Program-made: the position numbers and the translations under genes
In this document: positions 50,791 through 64,000 of the stretch, piece after piece
How positions within the stretch are numbered: position 1 is the stretch's first letter
Layout of the letters: every line of letters starts with the position of its first letter
The notes under the pieces: generated by a model
The model's database searches: none
Told to the model about the DNA's origin: nothing
Seen by the model: only the letters and a program-made list of their open reading frames with translations
DNA from: Tubiluchus corallicola
Lineage: Eukaryota; Animalia; Priapulida
DNA: 64,000 nt
NCBI GenBank assembly: GCA_030141605.1
Contig: JAQGDQ010000224.1
Span: forward strand, 62,001 to 126,000
Direction of reading: 5' to 3'

Positions 50791-51418
50791 CAGTTTTTGT
50801 CTCATGGCATTCCGATTGCTTTTTGCTCATATCATGGTGCTGCAGGACAATAATTTATATTTATATATGAATTAATTTTTGTCAACTATTTATTTGTAAT
50901 TTACCGAAATTATTTCAATGCATATTTTTGTTAGTTTTTATCCATTTGTAAGGAGCTATAGTTTACACTTCAAAGCCTTTGTAACGGAGTACATCTGGCG
51001 TATCATTCAAAGTAGTCTTTATACATCAGAATCGATGCTATTGAAGCGTAGATGCTTGTTGAAGAATTAGTAACTATCCCATTGTCATGAATAATCCGTC
51101 ACTGAATGAGCCAAACACTGTATAAGCTACGTTCGAATGCATGTCCATCGAGGCAAATAAGTAAAGGCCATGTAAAACCACCTAGAAGCAACTTTTCTAG
51201 CAGTCAGGTTATCGTCTTCTGATTGGACTAGGCATTGCCTGACTTTACCAGACACCATGACACACTCAGTTTTCCTCGCCTCTCCGTAAAATCAAGAAAA
51301 GGTACTGCGTTATTTCTTAAGGATTCCCCGTTATCAATGTTTCAGTTTAATGATGCTGAGCTTTTTACACTTTCTGATTCAACTTCTTGCACTCTGATTC
51401 AATGACACTTGCTTCACT

Positions 51419-52097
51419 TTAACTCCTTCAGGACCGTAAATGTTTGCTGCATTTTGCACGGGTTCATGAAAAACTGCTCTCACTAAGCAGCAATTACGTT
51501 AAATTAGAAACCAAGTTTATATATGAAGTGCGTTTGCTTACCTTACACAAAATAGACAAATAGCTTAGAAGTTGAATAAAGTTAACTGCAGTGTTTGCAC
51601 TGTAACAAAGTACAGTATCTCTTGTGTGAAATCAGCTAATGCAGAAAATTTCAACTATCCAGACACAACACTCTGATAAACTTTTGCCTCAAGTCTACTC
51701 TATTTTTAAGCAGAAATACCTGCTAAATATGATATGACCTTAATTTCTCCTAGGCTGGTCGGTTGCGTTTTTCCTGGACTCTACACAGCAGATGGTTTTC
51801 TTGGGCTATAGCAAGCAGGCGATCAATGAAATAGTGTGTACGATCACATAAGTGTAAATCAGACTAAGCTACTTCTTAGGCTAGGATGGAGTGCCTGAAA
51901 ACGGCGTTTTTCTTAATCTTATCCAATTAAATCACTTATAAATGCTTAAACAAATAGAATGATTGGATTGCAAAGATTCTTCTAAACAGAACATTACTTA
52001 ATTTGTTATCATGTAGTTATGTCTATGCTCATACAGTAGCAGAAAAGTCATAGGTCTTATAGATATATTTTGAATGATGCAGTCCTAAAGGAATTAA
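51419..52097 (+). mobile_element. piggyBac-like MITE, family C copy 2
   Basis: TTAA-CTCCTTCAGGACCG...CAGTCCTAAAGGAA-TTAA. Confidence 0.7.
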
Positions 52098-53139
52098 TGA
52101 CAATTCGACTTACTTTAAGTGCTGAAATTTGGAATTGCTGCCTGTACTTTATACAGCAGGAATCGCTTGCTATTAAGCCAAATCATGGTAAGTAACAACC
52201 TGTCCGAATGTTTCTGATAACAGGCATCTGACGCAGGAATTATGAGGAATACTAGATTGACTTCAGACAAAGAAAATTATTCAGATAAAATTGTCTCGTG
52301 AATGTTATGTGCACAGAACGGCTGGATTGACTGTTGCATTCATCTCATTTGCATTTATGCTTTTGGAAAAACAAAACCACTGTTTACAAACACGTCCCAG
52401 CAACATGTAGCATTAAACAGAACAGAAGTCTATGACATTACAAGTAAATGAACATTTTAAGCTGTTTTTATGCGGGGGAGAAAGCAATAGACATTGGCAG
52501 CACTCTCAATCTACCATCATCAACTGCAGAATTGTGTAGCTGTTGCACTAACTAATGACTCTACCTTTTAATAAACAAATAACATTTAATTGCAAGCAGG
52601 GAACCTCCGCGTTTGATTTTTGAGTTAAGCATTATTGATTTTTGCACCTGACATGCAAATCACTGCTTTTACAGATACAAAAGGAATGATTTCACTTAAC
52701 AGCATATTTTGCTCACTAGCATTGTTAAGCAAATATCGGGTTTCCTCTTTTGACAGTCCATTACAAAAAACATCAATGACGAGGAATTTTTCAAACGTAT
52801 ACCATTCAAGGTATACCACAATTTATTAAATAATAATTAATTAAAACAGGAACATGGCTGTAACGGCTACAGCAAATATGATAATAATGATGATGACACT
52901 AAGAGATGTTAAGTTTTAAACTGGCAGTGGCATTGCACAATCATATATATAGACAGGAAGCATTAAATTCCCAGATTGTATACAACTAAATGCAAGCTAA
53001 CGATGACAATTCGCACGATTCGAGCTTGTTCCCCTACTGACATTTTTACAACGTATTTGTACAGCTGTGTGTCATCGTTAAGAGAAAGCATACCATATGA
53101 TAAAATATTTATATTATACATGACCTATAGTTACATGTA

Positions 53140-56100
53140 TTATGATCGTACAAGAGGTTTGAACGCAATTTTTCTGCTCTTGATGACTGTCCACTTATGC
53201 CTCTTATAGTAATAAATCACGGGAAACACAATGGCAAAGAACATTAGAGTCTGAAAAACAATGAAGAAAATACATTTAATGCGTTATGTTCTATGCTATA
53301 TTACTAACAGTGTGAAGAACAATTCTAATAAATGTAAGCATTTGATATCAAAACGGAAATAATTTGTACCATAGTTCATTTTGAACTGCAGGCCAAGATA
53401 CACATTTTGAAGTTCCAACACAAGCTGGAAAATGTTCCACCAAAATAAAGAATTTCTTAGAAGGAACCACATGGGGGTCTCATTTTTATTAAAAATTTCA
53501 GTTTTGCCTCAATAATTAAATTTCATCACATTTGAAATTGTGGAAAGGCCATGACGTATTCTCATGGTGATAAATGCTACTGGCCATTACTTTTTTAAGG
53601 TTATGTTTGTAAAAAAATTAATTACTTATGAAGCCGGATGCACTAACCTTCAGAGCCATGCGCTTGCGCTGATCGTGTTCCGGTTCAGTCGCCCATCTTA
53701 GAAAAGTGCATACATCCTTGGCTAGCTGACTAGCTGTCTCAGGCGTCCCTACATGAGCAGATTTGTTGTAATTAAAACACGGACCATATTTTATTTGATT
53801 GACGAATATATCATACATACAAATAATCGAAGGTAACAGTGAACAATAATTTAGCTGTTTAAATATATGATTATTGGGCATGTTGCAGGCACTGTGGAAC
53901 CAGCTTGAGTGTGCCATAAATGTAGATCAAACTCCCTACAAGTAAACATGACAAATTGAGGTCTAAAGCTTCACAGTGGGCACATTCATTACATAATAGC
54001 GGCTTGTAATTGAAGTAAAAAGTTGCAAAAGTCTTACTGGAATTTACTTTTGCAGTTTTTGAGGTGTAAATTCAAATGTTCCCTCAAGAAAAAACTTTTT
54101 ACCAAAGACAATAATATTAGCTAATAATACTTTATCATCAATAGAACAGCTCAGCTCATCACTAATGTCATTCCAATTCACACGTTGGTTTCTCATATTG
54201 TTTACAAGCAGGTGGCGCATTCTCACCATTTACAATACAACTTCATTATACCAAACCGATAGGGACCAAAAACAGTTCTCTATTACAACCTAGGTCTCAT
54301 AGTAAGCATATGCGGCTAATGTACGTGACTATTAAATGGTCAATCATGTATTAATAATTGCGTAGTCTGTGAATAATATACAATGTTTTACTGCGGTAGG
54401 AGAATAAAAAGAATTAATAATAATATTAATATTAATAATTAAAAAAATAAAAGTGCATTTTATGTGACTTCACTAAACTACACAAATGGATGTTTCACAT
54501 TAAACTGCACGTGCAGGTTCATTTGCAATTTACACATTCGTGCTCTTGTTCAGTAAAGTCATTGAGATTCAACAAAGTCAGTCTCTTTTGAATTTTTATG
54601 TGTCTCTTGCAAAATCTTTGCAAGAAAGTAACTATAATAGAGTGTTCATTACTATATGATACAGCTCAACAGTATGTTACAGGTGTATGTGTGTATTTGC
54701 AAGTTGTTATAAAACAACTAATAAAGGTGCTAAACTGTATTTGGTTACAAATGAATAATGCAAAGGTCGTTAATTTGTCATTACCTAACACACAGTATAT
54801 AAACAAGACATTATACACATACAACATCAACATTAAAATTAAAAAGAGAAGATTAAAATCGATAGGACGAGTCATATGACTACGAGATGACAGCACATTA
54901 AAATTTGCTTTCAAAGAAGCACAGCAGAAAGATAGGAACCCGCAAGGAGGACAGCTGCTGATTTATATCAATTTTATCCAAAAATATCATATCAACACAT
55001 TATTAGATATAAAAAGTAGAGAGCCATGGGAAGTTGTAAGTGACAGAGCAGTGAGGTCTAAAGTGAATTCACTGAAGCGTCATATCAGAGGACATGTGAA
55101 AGCAGAAGTAATGATTCCAAGTGCTGCACAGAAAGCAAAATCCAAATAGACCAAATTTGTGAGTTTTAAACTCAAGTTGGATATTTAACTTTACCATCAG
55201 TTAAACTGATTGTATGTTAAAATGCCTATTATTTTATGAGTAAGCTTCTTTTAGACGTATTCAGATAACAGCTCAAGTTATGGAAAACAAGACTGACGTC
55301 ATAAACAATAATGTATATTTTTGTTGAAATTGGAGGTGTTGCCCTCATGGAGACAAAGATGCTGTTGGCTAGCAGAAATTCAGAGCTGACTTTTAGAATT
55401 TAACATGAGTGGAAGCTCTGTGTAGTTAATTTGTCATTACCTAACACACAGTATATAAACAAGACATTATACACATACAACATCAACAAGTAAATGCTTG
55501 CACTTAGATTCAACAATTTATGTTTGACACGGCTTTCCGCAATAACACTACATTCTACAATTAACAGCGAATGACAGTTTTTAAAATCTCATCATTTACC
55601 TTTCCATTTGTTACATCAAAGTTACCACACTTACCATCTTCATACTCGACCACTTCATTGTACAATGCTTGTGCCATACCAATAGCTCCTCCGGGAAAGT
55701 ATGGGTTATAATACATCCCTTCTCTTAGTTCAAAACCGGCCGGAGGGTCACAGTAGCCAGTTAACAAGAAAAACAAGTAATCCTAAAACATGTTTAATAC
55801 ATGAAAGGCATGCTGAAGGTGTGAAAATAAGTTTGTACATAGTCTAAATACAAGTAATAGTTTGCTAACAGCCACAGCTCGTACATGGCATACTGATAAC
55901 TTTATATTATATATTAACGTTAACAACAGCACTCTTTCCAAAAAACCTGAGTAACTAAATGTCACCAAATACATCTTAATGTGAAAATAATACATGCCAA
56001 ATGCGTGTAATGAACTGAGTGGCAAGCATTAATATGTTACGTTTCATTAGTGAAAATGTTTATTAGTTGTAAAACTGTCTTGTTCTAGCCATATCTTACA

Positions 56101-59100
56101 ATAAAACGTCGTTTAAACTAAAGTAATGTGCGAACATTATATTGAAATTTGAAGACAAACACAGTTTCTGCTTTGGACACATGAGAACAAAATAAGGAAA
56201 TATTCGTACAATCAAACGTCTCACACTGCCTACTTTGCGACTCCAGAAAAAGTTGGTGTTAAGCAAGTTTGGCACTATAAAGGGAGGCATTATAACAAAG
56301 TTTGACTGAAGCTACAATTTTGAAGAATTGTATTGACATTTTTGAACTACTAAATAAATGACAGTTACAGAATTTTGGGCTCTCTATATATGTACATACA
56401 AATAATAGAAAATTTACTGCAAAACAGCTACGTACTAAAAAGCTTATTTCTAAGATACCCTTACCTCCCCACCATGACGAGCATTAGCCATAAAACTGAG
56501 ATCAGGAGGCAAAGCTCCATTGTTAGCGGATCGGGCTGCCTCGTCATTAGCATAAGGATTAGGAAAGTAGTCGGAAAGTTTTCCAGGCCTTTTAAACATG
56601 TTGCCTTCCTCATCCGGGCCATCATCGATAAATTGCTATAAAATTGCAGTTCGATTAAACTCAATAAGCACATAACATCTTGGTGTTCACAAACAGGAGA
56701 AGCAAAATTTTTCAGGTTTTCTAATTTCTACAAATCGGAATTTACTCTGCCAACATATATTTTCCACAGTATACTCAACAGTAATGGTTTAGAAATTCCT
56801 AGAGCATCTCTGAAATAAAAGGAACATTGTTATATTGTTTCACGATTCCTGAGAATGACTCCGTGTGCCAACATTTATTGTAACTCACACTAACTTATTG
56901 GTCAAAATACAATATTGGAGAAGTAAAATCCTGTTTCTAATTTCTATTTGCTTATATGCAGTAGCTTTTCCATTCAGTCTAGCAAGTTTTCTGTCTGACT
57001 ACAAACTATTGTGTGAACTGCTTTGCGAGTTTCTGTCAGCAAGTAGTTGCTGTGAGTTGAATTATTGCCTAGTGTGAATTCTTTAACTAGTTGCTCTCGA
57101 CACTTCTTGCAGTAAATAGAAAATGGAGTGTCAGCTCATGCTTACTGTCGGAAGAGTAACCCGCAGCAAGTTTTGCTCTCTAGTCTGAACAAACTTGCGT
57201 GTTACAGGGCGAATTAACTTTGAAAGAGACACATTGCTAGTCAGAATGCTCCATTAGAAATCAAGATAGCTGACTTCCATATTAACCCTTTTTTTAAAGT
57301 TATTATTCATTGACTTCAGAAAGCATGTCACTTTAACTTAAAACTTTACATTAAATTGCACCACAAATTAATATTATTTGCAAAAAATCTGACTTAATAA
57401 TTAGTACTTAATGAATGACAGTACATGAAATGATAAAAAAGGGACAAACGATTGAAAATACTCAGAAATTGACAGTGATTAACCCACGTATTTTCAGTTG
57501 GTTGACAAATGCAATCTCTGATAATTGCATATAATCACTTGCCCAGCTTGCCAGCTTGCAGCAAAACTGAACAAATCCTAGGTCGTCCCCTAGATTATAT
57601 TCAGTTATTTTGCAAAACATTCTGGTGTTTAGTAATTCATCCACATTCATTCATGCAATCATTTAGCTAAATATTCATTTCTCTACATATATCTTCAGTT
57701 AACTTATTCATTAAAACTGAAATAAAATGCACAAATCAATACAATGAATCCAATAAAAATTACCTCTTCTGCTTCAACTTTGGCTTCAGCTTCCGTGTGG
57801 CACACACCAACCAAGTTGCGATAAGCTATGTACTTCAAACTGTGACAAGCAGCACAAACTTCCTTATAGACTTGATAGCCACGGCGAATGCTAAAAACAA
57901 TATGACAAAAATCACGTACATTTGGCAGTGAATTTCTTCAAAACATAATGAAGGAAAGGCTAAACATAATTAATGTTAAAATCATCCTGTTTCATATAAA
58001 CGTAAAAAATACTACTTTATCATACTGTGCAATTGCTTAAATGACAATTTAAATCACCAGAATGAATGTAAATCTCACTAATACAATGTGGATATAAAAT
58101 GATTTTCATTGTTTGTGAATTTCGTATCAAGTGTGCATTATAGCCACTTAATGTTTCTTTACTGATAACATCACTGCATCTTAAGCTTAATTCTATATTT
58201 TGCTTCTTTAAATTGTTTTCTTTCAATCACTCTGCTGCTCATTTTACAGTTAAACGACTTTTATCTTAGCTAATAAATATATTGATTTGTATATGTTTTA
58301 GTCTATTCCCGTCTTACTACTACCAAAAGAATGTTAGCATAATGCATTGCATTACTGAAATCAAACCTTTTATAAAGCTACTAAATGATTGCAAATCTTG
58401 TATAAAAAGTTTAAGAACTCAACAACTAGTATTTCTTGTCCATTCTGTACATAAACCAGTGCTTGAGCGTAACTCACCTTGGTAAAAATCGTATTTGAAA
58501 AAAACTTTAATGCAATGACCTGTAATAATGAACATTACGATTTTGATATTATTTGTTATGCATTATTGGACTACTCGTAATGAACTTCACAAACCCCGCT
58601 TTACTATTGAACGTTGCAGTAAATAGTGAAGATGAACAGTGTAATTGTAAAGTCACAGTATGAGCATTCGCTATCTTTACTTTGCTTACTTAATATACCT
58701 TGAAAATTACTTAAAATTTCTAAAATCAGACGACGATGTATACCCGGCATGATCAATGGAATTGAAAGGTCCATAATGACTCCAAGGTAGTTTTGGAGGA
58801 TGAAGAATCAGATCACTTGCTTTTACCGACTCATTTAGTGCAACCACTAATCCTAATCCTCCAGCTGTTGCTGCACCAGCTACACAAAGTAACTGAAAAG
58901 TACAAGCGCTTGTTAATACACTACAAAACACAAAATAGTCTTTGGTGCATTATCCACAGCTAGAACAGTCATGTAGGTTTTGACAACAATCCATCCATTA
59001 CAGACATTATTATGATAAATGGTTGTGAAAAAACAATGCTAGTTCTATGTCTGTTAATAATGTATCATGTACATCTCGCAAGTTAATAGTAATAGTATTA

Positions 59101-60523
59101 ATTAATTATGACTGTGACAGCCAGAATTTTTATAAACAATTGCGGCTTATTTTACCAATTATTACAAACTGTGAGTAATGAGTTTGAGAAAGGAGACAGT
59201 GAGTTTAATAAACATCACTTACTATAGTACAAAAATAAAGTAATTTCACTGCGGTGAATGTTTCTTGCTCAGTGCCATGCTAAAACTTATACAGTGATAT
59301 GGAAGAGTGCCGTGACCTTTGTTAATATGAATAGCATTCGCCGACACTTGGAAACAATTAATACACATCACGTATTACTAGCATGTGGAGTCCTACCTTT
59401 ACATTTTTTCCCCATTTAGGAACTTTGTGTGTCCTGGTTTGCAAATATACATAAAGCATAATTATAATAAAGTTATAAAATGAACAAATACAAATAACTT
59501 AAAGCACTTACTATCTTCTTTCCCTTCGACAAATAGCGATATCTTGACAGATTTGCCTGAAAAAAGGGAAAAAACAAATCTGTAGACAAATGTTCCATTT
59601 GCTCTCGTGTACCAAACACTACCACCAAAATTTTCATCACATTTGCTCTCGTGTACCACACACTACCACCAAAATTTTCATCACATTTGCTCTCATGTAC
59701 CAAACACTACCACCAAAAATTTCATCACATTTGCTCTCGTGTACCAAACACTACCACCAAAAATTTCACATAATCATTAATTTTAAAAATTAACTAGACA
59801 AAAATTTTTGAAAAACTAGAACAGCACAGTTTACATTCTTCAAAGTGGTCAAAATAAACTTTCAAGTTACATCTGAATCAGGCCACAAAGTTGCTACTCC
59901 CGCTGAGCTTACAAGGACAGGTAGGTGTTAAATATAAACTTCTACACCTCCAATCTTTCAAAAGTACATTAAATTTTCATAGTTAAAGTGAGGTACGGAT
60001 ATGATTGGAGGCAAGGCACGTTTTTGTAAACATCTATAATTCACGAAGGGTATAATAAATCCTCTATTGTACAATTGTTGATAAATGTATTATTACTATA
60101 CGACCAATCTTACAATATGAACTTGCTCACCATTATACTTACAGAAGCCTTACGCCATCATGGTATTGCCTGCTGATAAGCAATAAAATGGCTAAGGTAC
60201 ACGAAAGGTGCAAAAGAGGTTTGGGCTTTCCATATAAATTCAATCTATTTCAAAAATCTCGAAAAGAAAAGTGCACGCCATAACGGAAGCATGTGGTCAA
60301 ACATAAGACAAAACGTAAACGGTTAGGCTTAGGCTACACAGGCTAGTCCTAGTCAGAAGCATATTAAACTGGCAAAGTAACAAGCACTTGAACAGTATAT
60401 ATTTAACAATTCTTAAGCTATGAGGCCTTGTTTCTTTTACAATTTATTTACCTGTTGCGAAATTACAGTCGGCGATACTTGCAAAAAACACTTGCCAAAC
60501 CGTCCTGCAAGCGCAAGCGACAT
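53140..60523 (-). CDS. CYC1: Cytochrome c1, heme protein, mitochondrial (307 aa, 8 exons)
   Basis: Exons: 60523-60452, 59556-59512, 58892-58744, 57890-57764, 56635-56465, 55782-55635, 53748-53648, 53250-53140 (924 nt, all GT-AG). It encodes a presequence, [18 protein letters not shown] (CXXCH), [32 protein letters not shown], a transmembrane helix and [13 protein letters not shown] minus-strand AATAAA is at 52827-52822. Confidence 0.96.
54832..55422 (+). repeat. 591-bp copy of 60672-61262 in CYC1 intron 6, flanked by 64-bp direct repeats (54769-54832 and 55425-55488)
   Basis: Colinear at offset 5840 with roughly 15 substitutions by eye. Confidence 0.9.
59596..59769. repeat. 44-bp minisatellite, four copies, CYC1 intron 1
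   Basis: Unit CATTTGCTCTCGTGTACCAAACACTACCACCAAAATTTTCATCA. Confidence 0.9.
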
Positions 60524-60671
60524 GTTGCTGTTAACCTTGATCTGTCATCACATCACAACCAGGTTGGTGCACCGAGCAGGTCAATTTACTTTAAATTTCT
60601 TTCGCATACTAATTTAAGAGCGTTTTCTAATATCAAAGCAGGTTTATAAAGCCAAAGCAAAGGAATGGACA

Positions 60672-60940
60672 ATTAAAATTAAAAAGAGAAGATTAAAATC
60701 GATAGGACGAGTCGTATGACTACCAGATGACAGCACATTAAAATTGGCTTTCAAAGAAGCACAGCAGAAAGATAGGAACCCGCAAGGAGGACAGGTGCTG
60801 ATTTATATCAATTTTATCCAAAAATATCATATCAACACATTATTAGATATAAAAAGTAGAGAGCCATGGGAAGTTGTAAGTGACAGAGCAGCGTGGTCTA
60901 AAGTGAATTCACTGAATCGTCATATCAGAGGACATGTGAA
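60672..60940 (+). mobile_element. Decayed 3' end of an RTE-like non-LTR retrotransposon ORF
   Basis: The translation [38 protein letters not shown]...VSDRAAWSKV resembles the post-RT tail of RTE-clade LINEs (RRLxWxGHxxR.PD...RPxGxP...A.DR..W). It has an in-frame stop. Confidence 0.6.
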
Positions 60941-61800
60941 AGCAGAGGTAATGATTCCAAGTGCTGCGCAGAAAGCAAAATCCAAATACACCAAATTTGT
61001 GAGTTTTAAACTCAAGTTGGATATTTAACTTTATCATCAGTTAAACTGATTGTATGTTAAAATGCCTATTATTTTATGAGTAAGCTTCTTTTAGACGTAT
61101 TCAGATAACAGCTCAAGTTATGGAAAACAAGACTGACATCATGGACAATAATGTATATTTTTGTTGAAATTGGAGGTGTTGCCCTCATGGAGACAAAGAT
61201 GCTGTTGGCTAGCAGAAATTCAGAGCTGACTTTTAAAATTTAACATGAGTGGAAGCTCTGTGCAGACAATGGTGAGTTGATAATGGGTTTCGACCATTGC
61301 ATTGCAGATGAAGAAGACTGGCGAAATAGTAAATACAATGCAGAAAACTAGGTCGAGAAAAGTGACTCAAAACAACTTTATAACAATACAACATCCATAC
61401 ATGTTCTTAAAGATAAAGCCGTGGTGATTATATTTTATGTTTACTCTGTATTTATATTTTAATTGTAACTCGTGTGTATTAATACCCTATATAATTATGT
61501 TGATCCCTCTCTTCAGTAAACTTACAATGTAATTTATTTACCCCCATTAAATTTGATCTGTAATGGCGTTTTTGTGCCACCTAACCCTTATACGATATCA
61601 CGAATCTAAATACCTTCAAAGAATAACACTTTCTTCGTAAACAACAATTAGCTTCATCTAACAAACAGACTTTTCATAAATACTCCAACTCCCAAATTAA
61701 ACCAAATTTTAACATTGTCGAATTTAAACTGAATTTGAATTCAGTTTTGAAGACTTTTCAAATATCTTTTGGAATCACTACGAAAAAGTGGTCTCCCAAC

Positions 61801-61854
61801 ATTCATGTATATATATATATAGTCACAATATATATATATATATACATGAATTCT

Positions 61855-61945
<91 letters not shown>

Positions 61946-61946
61946 A
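61801..61946. repeat. (TA)n microsatellite with an inverted-repeat cassette at 61801-61851
   Basis: ATTCATGTATATA...TATATACATGAAT followed by a long (TA)n run. Confidence 0.9.
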
Positions 61947-64000
61947 CTACCTAATTTTATTCCATAGTAAACGTGTTAAGCTTCTAATTAGATTGAAATC
62001 TAATTTTTTTCATTGGAATTCAATTCGAAACTGATTTTATGGATTCAACTAATTCGCCACTTCAACTATACGATGTCCTCTGTCATTATAACATTTGAAA
62101 TAGCATGCAGTCAGCATAATTTAGCTATGATTTCTCTGTACAATTTTTTGTTATTTAGGATACCTGTTATTAATGATCCAGAAATAGATTCGAATTCCAG
62201 ATCTCGAAATTCAGTTTGATTTGAGTTCTATTCGATTCGAGTTTGCTTTCTGGTAGAGAATGCTCACCCCTACCAAACAGAACTAATGTGCTAGCACAAC
62301 AATCTATCATTGACTTGCAGTCGACTTGCAACCTGTCTGTCTGTACATCTAATCCAATTCTTAACTTTTCCACCTGCCCGTCATCCTGTTGGTCTATTGT
62401 CCTCTGTGACCACCAATCTGCCTGTATGTGGATCTTTTATCCTGTTTATCAAAGCTTCTATATTCTGTCTTTCTTTTAACTGTCTGGCTTGTCTGTAGTA
62501 AATGCCTACCTACCAGTTTGCAGACCATGTGCTTGCTTACTCAATACACCAATAACTTAAATGCCAAACTACTCAGCTACTAACATAAATGCTTGGCTAC
62601 ATGTATTTCTGCATAATACATGTGTAGATTCTTACTCACGTGTTTAGTTAACTGACAGCCTGCTTGCCTAAACCTAGCAGCCTGCATATTATTATTATTA
62701 ATTTATTGATCATTAAAATTTACATAAAAAATACAACATAACAACTGTTTTTGCTGTCACTTCTGTTGTAGGTGTCTCCACTTAATATTATTGTAAGAAG
62801 CAAAAATAATGTTGTTATTTAGACAATAGTGTTGGAGAGTATCAGACACCTCCTGCTGCTTCATGTTAATATTGATTAATGATACAATAGCCTACCGACA
62901 GATTTGCATTGGTATCGTATTATGTCACTGGATGATGATCGCAACAAATGACTAAATCAGTGAATTTGGTGATGTTCAGCTAATACCACTGGGCTGACCA
63001 GTACTTTTTGACACATCATGCTAATAATAACTTACTGTAGACAGCACTTAACTGGCGCAGAAATTAAGCTAGTATTTTAATTAATGAAATAAGTAAAATT
63101 GAAACTAATAATTTTCGAGTTATTAATAAGCTGCAAAAATTAATAAATATTATGTATGTGGTTTCACTACTTTGTATTTTCGGAAAACTAATTATAAGTC
63201 AACGCTGATTATTTTTCATATCATTTAGTTTTAGATTCTTCAATACAATAAAACAAGTCTTTGTTATTGCCCGACAATGACAATGTAGGAACGAAGCTGG
63301 CGACGCCTTCTCCTTTGGTATCTAAAGACTTTATTTACGATACGCAGACTGCACGTGTTTCGGTCTTTCGGTGTTTATGTTACGTACGTTGAATTTTTAG
63401 TAATTGCAGACAAGATTTTTTGATTTATTTTTTTCACCATATGAGAAGTTCATGTGAAAATGGGCCTTTTAACTGATCCTAAAAGCAGAGAAAAATTCTC
63501 TCATATTCTACTGAAATACTACACAGTACTGTCGATATTATGCTACTTCGTCGGTTTCTGCTGGATGCTGAGCTTAGCTTTCAGAGAGTTTACAGCAGGT
63601 ATTTATAGTTTGTTTTATTAAACTACTCTTTTAATTTAAATTTGCTTTTACTTACATGATAACATGGTAATTAAATCAAACAAAACAATTTTATCAATAC
63701 GAAGATTTAAGAATTGGTTATACTACTAGTTATATTGAGTGTGAGAGTTCGCAAATTTGATAATAAAGCTGACACACCGTTATGTCCTGCAATCACTGCA
63801 ATGTAGCTCAATCTCACTTTATTTATATCACATCAATAACATATAATAGTGACACTCATTTTACATACATGTACATCATTGCATAATTTTAGTTGAAGTT
63901 AATAGTTCAAGCTGATTGCAATTAGTACCCATTTATGATAATAATAGTAATACTGCAGCAGCTCAAGAAGATTATAATAACTTCTAAGAAATCACGACTC

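Noticed and set aside
54044-54229. 61-aa minus-strand ORF in CYC1 intron 6 as an alternative exon
   Set aside because: CYC1 is complete without it and there is no recognisable domain; it is probably TE debris.
60744-61028. 94-aa ORF as a gene divergent from CYC1
   Set aside because: It has a TTG start and an upstream in-frame stop, resembles an RTE ORF tail, and its duplicate carries a nonsense change.

Overview
AT-rich genomic DNA from an intron-rich invertebrate animal; it is not prokaryotic, and I found no CRISPR array, rRNA or tRNA. From left to right: (1) a tandem array of three related single-coding-exon C2H2 zinc-finger units on + (a 5'-truncated gene, a MITE-disrupted pseudogene, and an intact 326-aa gene); (2) a two-coding-exon FoxJ1-class forkhead gene on -; (3) about 10.8 kb of divergent intergenic DNA with an RFX X-box and candidate non-coding first exons for both neighbours; (4) a 29-exon WDR97-like WD40 gene on + (17268-50790, about 1400 aa, reconstructed by hand with consistent intron phases); (5) an 8-exon cytochrome c1 gene on - (60523-53140, 307 aa). 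Introns carry TTAA-flanked MITEs (Kolobok-like and piggyBac-like), TA-flanked pogo/Tigger-like MITEs, minisatellites and several recent short-range duplications. The best candidate for a biological system is a head-to-head FoxJ1/WDR97 motile-cilia module with three X-boxes. Other notable items are a 591-bp copy of the CYC1 5' flank inside CYC1 intron 6, flanked by a 64-bp direct repeat; a minisatellite grown out of a splice donor; an exon that starts with a perfect donor (AG|GTAAGT); and a perfect 23-bp hairpin. All family assignments are from manual translation and recall, not database searches.
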